A DNA stretch of 44,881 bases from Kiritimatiellia bacterium (lineage in GTDB: Bacteria > Verrucomicrobiota > Kiritimatiellia > RFP12 > UBA1067), in NCBI GenBank assembly GCA_017613085.1, contig JAGAEL010000154.1, forward strand, positions 1-44,881. The letters are read 5' to 3'. Under the pieces are notes generated by a model, which worked only from the letters and a program-made list of their open reading frames with translations, searched no databases and was not told the origin of the DNA. Below, one piece after another: positions 1 to 8,119 of this stretch (position 1 is its first letter; each line of letters opens with the position of its first letter). The position numbers were made by a program, and so were the translations under genes.

Positions 1-2780
1 GACACCGGGCGATTCGGAACAACTTCGTCACGGCTACAGATCTTGTAGACCGGTTCAGGCGACGAAATGATGCTACGCCGCCGCGCAAGGAGAGTCCCAG
101 GCGTCAGTTTCGCCACAAAAGTTTCAGAATCAGCTTTGAGAAGAACCGATTTCTGATCCCTCATTGCCGAGAACACACCCCATTCGTTCCGAATGTCTTC
201 GGCTGCTGGTTTTTCCGTCTGAATAGTCCAGTTTTGGACAAAGCCGCCAGAGAGCGCATAATAGAGAGCCGCGCCGACAACCGTTACCGTTTTTGCATCG
301 GCGATAAATCCATCGTCATTCGTGAAGGGATACCACTGCCCCGGTCTAAACGAACGAGCAAAGACCAACCGTTCCTCTTCAAGAGGAAGCATATCTCTGG
401 CCATTTGGCGCATGTGCGGCTGTTCGGACGTCTTTCCGCTGAAAACAACCATGTCAACCTCGTAAGCGGCTGCGTAAAGTGCGCAACTGCGGAAGAGAGG
501 CGCAAATGTTTCTTCCATCAAAGAGGCGATTGCCGCCGAATCGAAAGAAAAGCGCGGTTGTTCGATCTCTATTCTGAGTTCCTCACCTCCCTTTGAAAGC
601 AACTCATTGAACTCCTGCCAGTTCGCAGGTGAAATCCCCGCGTCCTGGGCTGAAAACTGCCGAACGATATGCCCTGGCCTCGTGTTAGAGAGACAGTAAG
701 TCGCAAGAGGAATGAGACACGTCCTCACGATACGGCTACGGACGGCTTGCTGGTCCGGTGCGGCAGCCGCTCGAGCAAATAACGTCGAAAGGCGTAACGC
801 AAGGGGATCCCGATTGCGGACAAGCGGACCTAGAACCACCTTCTCAATGATTCTCTTGAGAAGGTCGTCGCCCGCAAGTGCCTGCCCGTCTTTAAACAGA
901 AGCTTGTTCGATAGATCGTTGATACCTGTTCCTGTTTGGCCACAATCACGATATTCGAGAATCGAGATATCCGTTGTACCGCCACCAATATCAAAGTTCA
1001 TCACGCGAATCGTATCGGCTCCGTCTTCGCCACCCCGATGACGCCCCATTGTCGCAATCCAGTCACCAACGGTCTGTCCCGGATAACGAATCGTTTCCGA
1101 GAAGAGGAACGGTAGCTGGCCTGCGACCGCTTCATCCGGGCTTTGTTCGCGCTTGACAAGCTCTAGACGCAAGGGGGAATCAACACCGTTACGCACGTTT
1201 ACCGCAGAGAAAATGTCCAAGGCATCTTCGCAACACTTGCGATAGGTCTCAACCTCCTTGTCTGTCCACCCGGAAGGATAAGTGACAAGAACCTTACGAA
1301 ATCGGCGTGGTACGAAGGCAAGACCTTCCTTGAACGAATCGTTCGCCTGTACCATCGCTCGCTCCAAGAGATGAAGAAGAAACCAAGTAAGCGTAGCCTG
1401 GCGAGGATAACGAGGACTTTCTGGGTAGGGGTCTGGACGCTCTGTGGCCGAGATCTCATCCGAAAGACTCCTCCGCGAGACCTTTCCTGTTTCTTCGTCA
1501 AGGAATCGGCACAAATCGCCCTGCAATTTCGGCAAGAAAGCCGCGCCTTTCGGTTTCTCATCATATTGAGGATCCCATTCATTAAGAAGCATTGACCAGT
1601 CCAAAACCGAAGGTCTATCATCCCAGTAGAACCGCTTTGGAGAACTCTGCTGTATCAAAGCACCAGTCTCGACAAGGTTACGCGCATACGGCCGATGGAA
1701 TTGACGATAGGCGGCATCACCAACGAGTACAGGTGAAATCTGCATGAACATCTGAGGGATTCGTTCGATTACGGAGCCAGTCACCACTTTTTCTTTTCTA
1801 CGGAACGGCCAATACCCAGTAGTCTGAGTCTCGACATGGACATCCCACTCGCGCAAGAGAAGATCAGGTTCCTTGGAATCGATACGTGTCCGATAACGCT
1901 GATGATCCAATTCATGCAAAACAAACCACGAATCTGCAATACCGGCTTCTACGTCATCTACTGACCCAAACTCCCCAGACAATGGATCCGGCTTGATTCG
2001 AAGCGGCTTGAAGTTCTGACGAAATTGCAACGGTGGAAAAGTCAGATTTTTTATATAGTCGAAAAGCAGTGCCGATGTGCGGGTGTTCCCCAGATCAAGC
2101 ACAAGGTCAACATCACGCGTTGCACCTGCCGGTTGGACGAACACAAGTTCGATACTAAGGTTTCCAAGATCTAGCTTTTCGTCGTTTGCAATCTCGTCAA
2201 AATCAAAACCTTCGAAACGTACGGGGAACTTCAAAGGGAAGACCGTCCCTGCAACAACTCCAACGAACGGTGAATCACCGCGTCGAAGAGAACGGCCCGC
2301 CTCCGCCGATTCGAGGGCCAGCCTTTTATCGTCTGCCGAAAGCGCGTTCCGCTGATGAAAAAGGCCTCGGTCGTAAACGCCAGATGCCCCCCCCTTGGCC
2401 TCTCCATCGGCCGTATTGGTCTCTATGAACAACCATATTCCACGCAATGTACAGACATTTCCATCGGCCAAGGTCCAACACTTCTCCCCCAACCGAAATC
2501 GGAGCCATTTGTACATCTCCGTGAGTTTGAACGGACATCCGTCATTACTTGTCGTATTGTAGACTTTGTCGAGCATCCCCTTTGCATTTTCAGGAATCAC
2601 AGACTCCCACTCTTCTATTTCACGAATCGCCTCAAGAAGGTCTGCAGATGGTCGTTGGGCTTCTGTCGGAACCGCAAAATTTTCAGACTTGCAAAGCGGC
2701 ACAAAAGATCGCTGCAATCCCGTATCGAGAAAGACACGGATTGACTTGCGGTGCGGATTGCCATTATCAATATCACTCAT
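1..2780 (-). CDS. Large actin/Hsp70-fold (ASKHA) ATPase, tentatively SrfB-like. The C-terminus lies beyond the left window edge; at least 926 codons are present.
   Basis: Hand translation of the minus strand from the ATG at 2780-2778 (MSDIDNGNPHRKSIRVFLDTG...) stays open down to position 1. It is absent from the ORF track only because no stop codon lies in the window. A GGGAGA RBS (2787-2792) sits 6 nt upstream. It has a phosphate-1-like DLGNTRT motif (2076-2096, residue 229) and a phosphate-2 DIGGGTTD motif (969-992, residue 597). A VVFSGKTSEQP segment (about 420-460) resembles the adenosine motif. All ORFs listed in the other frames of this region are short. Confidence 0.85.
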   Translation of the reverse strand, partial: MSDIDNGNPHRKSIRVFLDTGLQRSFVPLCKSENFAVPTEAQRPSADLLEAIREIEEWESVIPENAKGMLDKVYNTTSNDGCPFKLTEMYKWLRFRLGEKCWTLADGNVCTLRGIWLFIETNTADGEAKGGASGVYDRGLFHQRNALSADDKRLALESAEAGRSLRRGDSPFVGVVAGTVFPLKFPVRFEGFDFDEIANDEKLDLGNLSIELVFVQPAGATRDVDLVLDLGNTRTSALLFDYIKNLTFPPLQFRQNFKPLRIKPDPLSGEFGSVDDVEAGIADSWFVLHELDHQRYRTRIDSKEPDLLLREWDVHVETQTTGYWPFRRKEKVVTGSVIERIPQMFMQISPVLVGDAAYRQFHRPYARNLVETGALIQQSSPKRFYWDDRPSVLDWSMLLNEWDPQYDEKPKGAAFLPKLQGDLCRFLDEETGKVSRRSLSDEISATERPDPYPESPRYPRQATLTWFLLHLLERAMVQANDSFKEGLAFVPRRFRKVLVTYPSGWTDKEVETYRKCCEDALDIFSAVNVRNGVDSPLRLELVKREQSPDEAVAGQLPFLFSETIRYPGQTVGDWIATMGRHRGGEDGADTIRVMNFDIGGGTTDISILEYRDCGQTGTGINDLSNKLLFKDGQALAGDDLLKRIIEKVVLGPLVRNRDPLALRLSTLFARAAAAPDQQAVRSRIVRTCLIPLATYCLSNTRPGHIVRQFSAQDAGISPANWQEFNELLSKGGEELRIEIEQPRFSFDSAAIASLMEETFAPLFRSCALYAAAYEVDMVVFSGKTSEQPHMRQMARDMLPLEEERLVFARSFRPGQWYPFTNDDGFIADAKTVTVVGAALYYALSGGFVQNWTIQTEKPAAEDIRNEWGVFSAMRDQKSVLLKADSETFVAKLTPGTLLARRRSIISSPEPVYKICSRDEVVPNRPV

Positions 2781-2809
2781 AAGAAATCTCCCGGTGTTGT
2801 AAACTGTGA

Positions 2810-5425
2810 TTAGAATTGGGCTGCAAGTGCATCCAAAAGGGTGCGAAGCTCTGTATCACCCGGTTGCGGTGGCCGAGCACTGGCTTTGGCGTTTTCCGAA
2901 AGATCGTCCAATCGGTTCAGAAGCGGCTCGATAACTGTCTTCCAGTGAGGCGACGATTCCCGATCTGTCGACTCCTCGACAAGCCCTGCAAGCAAAGTCC
3001 TAAGGTAAGTAGTGTCGGCCTCGCCCGGCCGTGTCGTAGAGACTCTGCGCCATGTGCCGCCACGAAGCATATTCCCAAATGCAACGGCGAATGGGAATCG
3101 TGCGGCATCAGCCGTATCATGGTCTGCGATACGACCAAGATTAAGTCGGAGGAACTCTCCAAGCCCCCCAGGCTTACGGTCAAGACGCACATTGTCGCGC
3201 AGCGTGCAGAGCAATTCCCGCTGATGTACAACATCCAATACAGGATGGCCTTCTACCCGCCGTTCAGCATCATCGAACCAATGTTTGACCTGATCCTTGA
3301 GCCAGCCATCAGCGACGTCACCATCTCGAACATTTCGCGGAACAGGATCAAAGATATCACGCGGAGCTGAAAACAAATCTCGGAGGAATTGCGCAAGACT
3401 TGCATAGTCTAGCGACGTGTCACCGTCCTCGATCTTCGACAACGCATCTCGGACATTTTTAGCCGATTCACCCAGCGATGCGCGGCGAGCGTCAAGGTTA
3501 GCTTCTTCTGTAGACGGCAACTGTCTCGCCAAGGCATCGGCGAGAATGGCCCACTCCTTCTTGAGGAGTTCGCCACAACGGATGCGTCTTGTTTCTGGAC
3601 AGACGGAGGCCGCCACTTCACGTAGCATGCGGTCGGTTCCACCGTCATCACCAAATACAGCGTCAATATCCTCCACTTTAAGTCCGGTCGAATCCATGAA
3701 TGGTGCGCAATCGGAAATCTTCCCGACAATATCACCCCGCCTCTCAATGGCGTCATTTTTAATCGGGCAGAATTTTGGATATGTGGTGACAAACCAACGA
3801 CAGGTTTCCTTCCCTGCGAACAAGAGCATCTCGATGCTCCTCGTCGCATACTGCGAGAACGTCGGCGTTACCCCGTTGAGTAAAACGGTGTTAATCGGAT
3901 CTGCAAAGAACGTCAGATCAAGGAACATGGGTAATGGTGCCGGCATTCCCTTTCGCCACCCCGACTCAAATGACTGGAACCACTTTCGAATTCCACTTCC
4001 TAGGATATCCGATTGCGCAGGATAAACGTCCAAGGCACTATTGAGAACAACGAACGAATCAATGCCATAACCGTCAATATGCCCATAGATGACGCACTGT
4101 GTACGGCCATCTTTAAGAACGTTTTTGTAGAACTGTAGATCCGTGAGAACATCCGGATGAATCTTGCTATCACTGTCTGTCTGCCCCGTCGACCCGCGAT
4201 TCTTTCGTCCCAAGCCTGGGAAGTCGAGAAGATCATGTGTTTCGAGGAGATCAAGGAGTGCGCTCTTATCTGGTCGATTTAGAACTTCGTACCGAACTGG
4301 AACAACGAGCTCCGAACACAACGCTTGAAAAGCACCAAATGCTTCTCCTGAAATGGCCGCAGCGGATGGTCGATCACCAATGCCAACGCGAATCGCTCCC
4401 GACGACGAATCTCTTTCCCATGTGATTCTTGAAAGGGTTTCTTTTGTCTTGGGATCAGGATTCTCGCAGTTCTTTGTTCCGCCAAAGAGTCGTTCCATCG
4501 TTCCAATATCAAGGACAAGCGCAGCGACACGAGGTGACAAAAGTATCTTGGAATAGCCCTTCCATTCGTGGTCAAGTTGAGTTCGAAGGGTCTCAATTCG
4601 GTCAAAAAATGCCGTTAGCTTTGAGGCACTATCCCAAAGCAACTCAGCCACATAGGCACGTGCGGCTGATTCATTTGACACCAAATGCGCTGCCGACACA
4701 AGGGCAGGGCGAACTTTCCTCGTCCAATCGCCGCTTCTGAAAAGATTGTTGAACCGATCTTCCGAAGAAAGTCTGTCAATCACATCTGCAACATCCCGGA
4801 GCCATTGGCAGGCCGATGGGTTAGGTGGAACATTGACCCCAGCGGCTTTTTCTGCCAGTTGTTTCAGAAACTCGTCCTTGTTGTATCGGATGATTTCGAC
4901 CGTTGCAGGATAGCACTCCTTAAGGTACCCCAAGGCGATAGCATGAAGTATCTCCTTGCGGGGAGCCAGACGAAATTCAACTGGGTAGTCTCTATCAGGA
5001 GGATTCTCGTCCGATGCAAGTGTGTAGCGGGTCGCCACACCAGAAGCATCCCCTTTGTTGTTAAACGGATTGAAACCTACAGTTGCAGGGAATAGTGTCT
5101 CCATATTTATGCCGAATCCCTCAGGTGGAGAAAAGCGTACAGGCGTCGCCGGATTCCACGTAAGAGCCGAGTCTGACCCATCTGGTGACTCGCCATCAAG
5201 ATAACGGCTCAATAAGGTAGACTTGCCCGTCTGGGATGGACCCCAGAGTGCAATTGTCGACTTTGAAGATAGGCTCTTGCGAAGAGTCTCGATTCGTTCA
5301 GCAGAATGCAAAACGGGATCAAACCAATCTCCTATGGATATCTTTCGCAAAGCACGATCTGGGTCAGCAGGATCCGATCCACGCAGAACGCCATGAGTCC
5401 AATACCACTTTGTTAATTCTTCCAT
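2810..5425 (-). CDS. P-loop NTPase (GTPase-like), 871 aa, tentatively SrfC / putative-virulence-factor family
   Basis: Uninterrupted 871-aa ORF. An AAGGAG RBS sits 4 nt upstream of the ATG at 5425. Walker A is GPSQTGKST (5216-5242, K68). A candidate DxxG appears in LLDFPGL (4214-4225, D401). The segment GDASGVATRYT...DYPVEFRL after the P-loop matches my recollection of SrfC-family proteins; this is from memory, not a database search. I saw no canonical NKxD motif. Confidence 0.85.
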   Translation of the reverse strand: MEELTKWYWTHGVLRGSDPADPDRALRKISIGDWFDPVLHSAERIETLRKSLSSKSTIALWGPSQTGKSTLLSRYLDGESPDGSDSALTWNPATPVRFSPPEGFGINMETLFPATVGFNPFNNKGDASGVATRYTLASDENPPDRDYPVEFRLAPRKEILHAIALGYLKECYPATVEIIRYNKDEFLKQLAEKAAGVNVPPNPSACQWLRDVADVIDRLSSEDRFNNLFRSGDWTRKVRPALVSAAHLVSNESAARAYVAELLWDSASKLTAFFDRIETLRTQLDHEWKGYSKILLSPRVAALVLDIGTMERLFGGTKNCENPDPKTKETLSRITWERDSSSGAIRVGIGDRPSAAAISGEAFGAFQALCSELVVPVRYEVLNRPDKSALLDLLETHDLLDFPGLGRKNRGSTGQTDSDSKIHPDVLTDLQFYKNVLKDGRTQCVIYGHIDGYGIDSFVVLNSALDVYPAQSDILGSGIRKWFQSFESGWRKGMPAPLPMFLDLTFFADPINTVLLNGVTPTFSQYATRSIEMLLFAGKETCRWFVTTYPKFCPIKNDAIERRGDIVGKISDCAPFMDSTGLKVEDIDAVFGDDGGTDRMLREVAASVCPETRRIRCGELLKKEWAILADALARQLPSTEEANLDARRASLGESAKNVRDALSKIEDGDTSLDYASLAQFLRDLFSAPRDIFDPVPRNVRDGDVADGWLKDQVKHWFDDAERRVEGHPVLDVVHQRELLCTLRDNVRLDRKPGGLGEFLRLNLGRIADHDTADAARFPFAVAFGNMLRGGTWRRVSTTRPGEADTTYLRTLLAGLVEESTDRESSPHWKTVIEPLLNRLDDLSENAKASARPPQPGDTELRTLLDALAAQF

Positions 5426-5593
5426 GGTGCTCCTTTGGACAAAATATGGCAGACGCCATTCTCGTTACATTCTTGGCGGGCTATAACCGATAACGACAAC
5501 GCACCAAGAATCGTCTTGAAACAAACGCATCGGCGACGTAGCAACATTTTCTTATCGATTCCTTTCCGTTCTCCTTTCCTAACATCGGCGGGG

Positions 5594-5630
5594 CGGAAAA
5601 CGAAAACCTCCTCCGATACATCGGAGGAGG
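5594..5630 (-). terminator. Intrinsic terminator, probably ending the uppP transcript
   Basis: Perfect 10-bp stem (CCTCCTCCGA 5607-5616, TCGGAGGAGG 5621-5630) with a 4-nt loop. On the minus strand it is followed by TTTTCGTTTTC (complement of 5596-5606). It lies 263 nt downstream of the uppP stop. Confidence 0.55.
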
Positions 5631-5892
5631 CACTTGGGAGAACCGAGAAAGAAGAAGACAACAAAACTGCACCAGCAGTGTTCTCTTCGTACGTCTTTCC
5701 GGTGAAGTTTCTCAGGCTTCCATCCGACGCAGTATTACACGTGTTACAATTGAGAGCATGATTCTTTGGAGGGCTCTACACGGATACCAAAACAACAGCT
5801 CTCAAAAACAACGTTCGTAGTATATACACTCCCCTGGCAGATTGCAACGCTTATTTCGCGTAAATTTCGATAAAGAACCACCTATACCAAAA

Positions 5893-6684
5893 CTACATCA
5901 GGCAGAGTACGGCAATACCCACCGCCGCGCAGTAGAGGCCGAACACCCAGAACCTACCGCTCCGCAACAAGCGCACCAGCAGGGCGAGCGAGGCGTACCC
6001 GATGACGGCGGAGAAGAGGCATCCCGACGCCAGAACCCAGGTGGGGAAAACCTCGGTCACGCTCGCGCCCTCCGCGCCGCTCGTATGTCCGAGCAGGGAA
6101 AGCACGGCCGCGCCCGCCAGCAACGGCAGACACATCAGGAACGAGAACTCCGCCGCCTCGTCCGGCGAAACACCCGACATACGGGCAGAGGAAATCGTCA
6201 TCCCCGAACGGCTCACGCCCGGCAGGATCGCGATCGCCTGGGCGATGCCGATCAGCACCGCCCGCGCCGGTGTGACCTTCCCGGTTCCCCCCGGTATCCA
6301 GCGCAACGCCGTCAGCACGAAACCGGTGAACAACAGGAAACCGCCGACCGCGGCCGCGTTCTCGTAGAAGGCATCGATACGGTCTTTGCAGAGAAAGTAG
6401 AAGAAAACGGCCGGCACGGCCGAAAGCGCGATGCACAGCACCGTCCGCCACGCATCCCCGTCGCCTTTGAACACCCCGGCAATCAACCGCCCGATCGTCT
6501 TGCGGTAATAGGCGAGGATGGAAAGCATGGTGCCGACGTGAAGCACGACCTCAACCGTCTCGCCGGGCGACTCCACCCGCAACAGTTTCTGGAGAAGCAC
6601 GAGATGCCCCGAACTACTGACCGGCAGGAATTCCGTAACCCCCTGCAAGACGGCCAACCATACCATGTTCAAAAAATTCTCCAT
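5893..6684 (-). CDS. uppP: Undecaprenyl-diphosphate phosphatase
   Basis: N-terminus MENFLNMVWLAVLQGVTEFLPVSSSGHLVLL carries the UppP/BacA signature (TEFLPVSSxGH), and the protein is polytopic. The start is moved from the track value (6786) to the ATG at 6684, because the upstream extension would read through the tRNA gene and its terminator. Confidence 0.9.
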   Translation of the reverse strand: MENFLNMVWLAVLQGVTEFLPVSSSGHLVLLQKLLRVESPGETVEVVLHVGTMLSILAYYRKTIGRLIAGVFKGDGDAWRTVLCIALSAVPAVFFYFLCKDRIDAFYENAAAVGGFLLFTGFVLTALRWIPGGTGKVTPARAVLIGIAQAIAILPGVSRSGMTISSARMSGVSPDEAAEFSFLMCLPLLAGAAVLSLLGHTSGAEGASVTEVFPTWVLASGCLFSAVIGYASLALLVRLLRSGRFWVFGLYCAAVGIAVLCLM

Positions 6685-6694
6685 AGCCGCAATC

Positions 6695-6728
6695 CTAAAA
6701 AACAGGGGCCGTCCTCTCGAACGGCCCC
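6695..6728 (-). terminator. Intrinsic terminator directly after tRNA-Asp
   Basis: 8-bp GC stem (GGGGCCGT 6705-6712, ACGGCCCC 6721-6728) with an 8-nt loop. On the minus strand it is followed by TGTTTTTT (complement of 6697-6704). It starts 4 nt after the tRNA CCA end. Confidence 0.7.
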
Positions 6729-6731
6729 AGA

Positions 6732-6808
6732 TGGCGAGGACGATGGGGCTCGAACCCACGACCTCCGGATCGACAGTCCGGTGCACTAACCAATTGTGCT
6801 ACGTCCCC
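6732..6808 (-). tRNA. tRNA-Asp (anticodon GUC), 77 nt, CCA encoded
   Basis: Hand-folded cloverleaf. Acceptor GGGGACG/CGTCCTC with one G-U pair. D stem GCAC/GTGC. Anticodon stem CCGGA/TCCGG with loop CTGTCGA. Variable loop AGGTC. T stem GTGGG/CCCAT with loop TTCGAGC. Discriminator G followed by CCA. Confidence 0.93.
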
Positions 6809-6825
6809 GCGCAAAAGTGGATTTC

Positions 6826-6854
6826 ACTCTAGCACAGCCCAAGGCTTTTGGCAA
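6826..6854 (-). promoter_or_regulatory. Sigma70-like promoter for tRNA-Asp
   Basis: On the minus strand: TTGCCA (6849-6854), a 17-nt spacer, then TAGAGT (6826-6831). An A/T-rich stretch (AAATTTTTTGAAATTTTA) lies just upstream. The -10 element ends 17 nt before the mature tRNA 5' end. Confidence 0.5.
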
Positions 6855-6941
6855 GCGTAAAATTTCAAAAAATTTGGAGCGGGGCGTGAACCGCCACGAC
6901 AGGCGACGTGCGGCACGGCCCGCCCCGTCCCAAGCCGCACG

Positions 6942-8108
6942 TCACAGATCGCGGAGATTCGGCGCCGTCGGTCTGGGCGGTTTCTTCTGCACATCGAGCG
7001 CCTTTTTCACGGGGGCGTCCGCCGGCAGCCAGCCGCCGGCGACCAGCATATCCACAAAACGCTGGAAGGACCGGAAGCGTGCGGCATCGGCGAAAGACCC
7101 CTTCCCCGCCTTGATGGCTTCCACGCAGGCGGCGCCGGCTTCGTCAAGGCGTTTCCGCAACGCATCGTCCGGTTCGTAGCAGAACGATTCCCAAAGACGG
7201 ATGAAACGTTCGGCGGGGTCCTGCGTCCCGTTCGCGAACGCGAGCGATTCGCGGGCGAGCTTGCGGCGCAGCGCGGCGACGTCGCCGTGCTTGACCCACG
7301 GGCCGCCGTTCACGGTATCCGCGCAACGCGGCGGGATACGGCGGATCCAGATGTTACGGAACGGCACGGGGTGGCCGTGATCCTGCAGCAGGATCGGCCC
7401 TTTCGTCTCTTTCGGGTGCGCACAACGCCGGCACCAGCTGGTATGCCCCTGTAACGGGAAACTGTCCTGCACGAGGACGCCGTTGAAAAATATGGTGACG
7501 GAACCGGGATCGACGAGACGTTTCCCCTCCCAGGCCGGCGGATGGAACACGATGTCGTAGCTCTGCCATTCGCCCGGCTTGCGGCAGGGCTGCACAAGGG
7601 GCGGATTCTCGCCGTACACCGCGCCGGCCTGCCCGTCGGCGTAGTTCGCCGGTTTCCAGGGCGAGCGCGAAGGCCTCACGGCGGACGAGTCGAGGATCTG
7701 GATCTCGTACTTGCCCATAAGGAAAACGCCTGAATTACCCCACCCGTAGAGATCGTCCACGGGCGTCTTCCACTCGATATGGAGCTGGCAGTCGGCGAAC
7801 GCCTCCTTTGTGGCCACGCTGCCGGAACCGGGCGTACAGATGAACTCGCCCTCCTTGACAGTCCACTTGGTCGGCTTGCCGCCGCCGGCCGTCCAGTTCC
7901 GGACGACGCTCTCCATCGTGCCGTCAAAAAGCACGACCGCGTCGCCCGGCGGCTTTCCGGCGGGCGCGTCGATCTTCACCGGATCGGGACGGTTCACGTC
8001 GTGTACGGACCAGGCGTGGGTGTCGTCCGGGCGGTCGCCCGAAGGTTCGGCCAGCGCGGCGAGCACCGCGAACGCGGCGAGCGGCAACAGCAGCGTTTTT
8101 CTTTTCAT
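6942..8108 (-). CDS. Secreted DUF1080 (3-keto-disaccharide hydrolase-like) domain protein
   Basis: Signal peptide MKRKTLLLPLAAFAVLAALA. DUF1080-type blocks are present (NSGVFLMGKYEIQILD, LQDHGHPVPFRNIWIRRI). The start is trimmed to the ATG at 8108; an AGGAG RBS overlaps the upstream stop. The 632-aa track ORF is an Arg/Gly-rich upstream extension overlapping the previous gene. Confidence 0.85.
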   Translation of the reverse strand: MKRKTLLLPLAAFAVLAALAEPSGDRPDDTHAWSVHDVNRPDPVKIDAPAGKPPGDAVVLFDGTMESVVRNWTAGGGKPTKWTVKEGEFICTPGSGSVATKEAFADCQLHIEWKTPVDDLYGWGNSGVFLMGKYEIQILDSSAVRPSRSPWKPANYADGQAGAVYGENPPLVQPCRKPGEWQSYDIVFHPPAWEGKRLVDPGSVTIFFNGVLVQDSFPLQGHTSWCRRCAHPKETKGPILLQDHGHPVPFRNIWIRRIPPRCADTVNGGPWVKHGDVAALRRKLARESLAFANGTQDPAERFIRLWESFCYEPDDALRKRLDEAGAACVEAIKAGKGSFADAARFRSFQRFVDMLVAGGWLPADAPVKKALDVQKKPPRPTAPNLRDL

Positions 8109-8119
8109 GGTTGACGCTC

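Larger units (their letters stand above)
1..5892. other. Low-GC compositional island. The left end is outside the window. The right end lies between the hairpin at 5607-5630 and the uppP stop at 5893.
   Basis: Hand GC counts of sampled 60-nt lines inside the island: 57% (1-60), 47% (2041-2100), 43% (4081-4140). Outside: 67% (7021-7080) and 62% (30001-30060). Third codon positions of the two island genes are visibly richer in A/T than in the other genes of the window. Confidence 0.7.

Noticed and set aside
234-2802. Twelve short ORFs (60-140 aa) listed in the track on both strands across the left 2.8 kb
   Set aside because: All lie in frames other than the uninterrupted minus-strand frame that starts at 2780. 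Their products are low-complexity or Arg/Ser-rich with no recognisable motifs. They are shadows of the large SrfB-like gene.
5413-5547. Possible 44-codon upstream ORF (MLLRRRCVCFKTILGALSLSVIARQECNENGVCHILSKGAPWKN) overlapping the GTPase start by 13 nt. The track shows a longer 83-aa version at 5413-5664.
   Set aside because: It is too short to evaluate and I recognise no family. The RBS is only weak (GGAAAGGA, 11 nt upstream). The longer version would read through the terminator hairpin at 5607-5630. It is worth a look in ribosome-profiling data but cannot be supported from sequence alone.
5842-6789. 315-aa plus-strand ORF antisense to uppP, plus other nested ORFs at 5954-6451 and 6002-6367
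   Set aside because: The products are Arg/Gly/Pro-rich and low in complexity, as is typical of shadow frames in GC-rich DNA. The opposite strand encodes a clear UppP.
6732-6808. tRNA-Asp as the integration site of the low-GC island
   Set aside because: uppP has native-looking GC content and lies between the tRNA and the island. I found no copy of the tRNA 3' end in 5426-5892, and no integrase is visible. The far end of the island is outside the window, so this remains open but unsupported.
6905-6943. 10-bp perfect inverted repeat GACGTGCGGC/GCCGCACGTC overlapping the stop codon of the DUF1080 gene
   Set aside because: The loop is 19 nt and no U-tract follows on the minus strand. I therefore cannot call it an intrinsic terminator, although it may still be a stabilising 3' structure.
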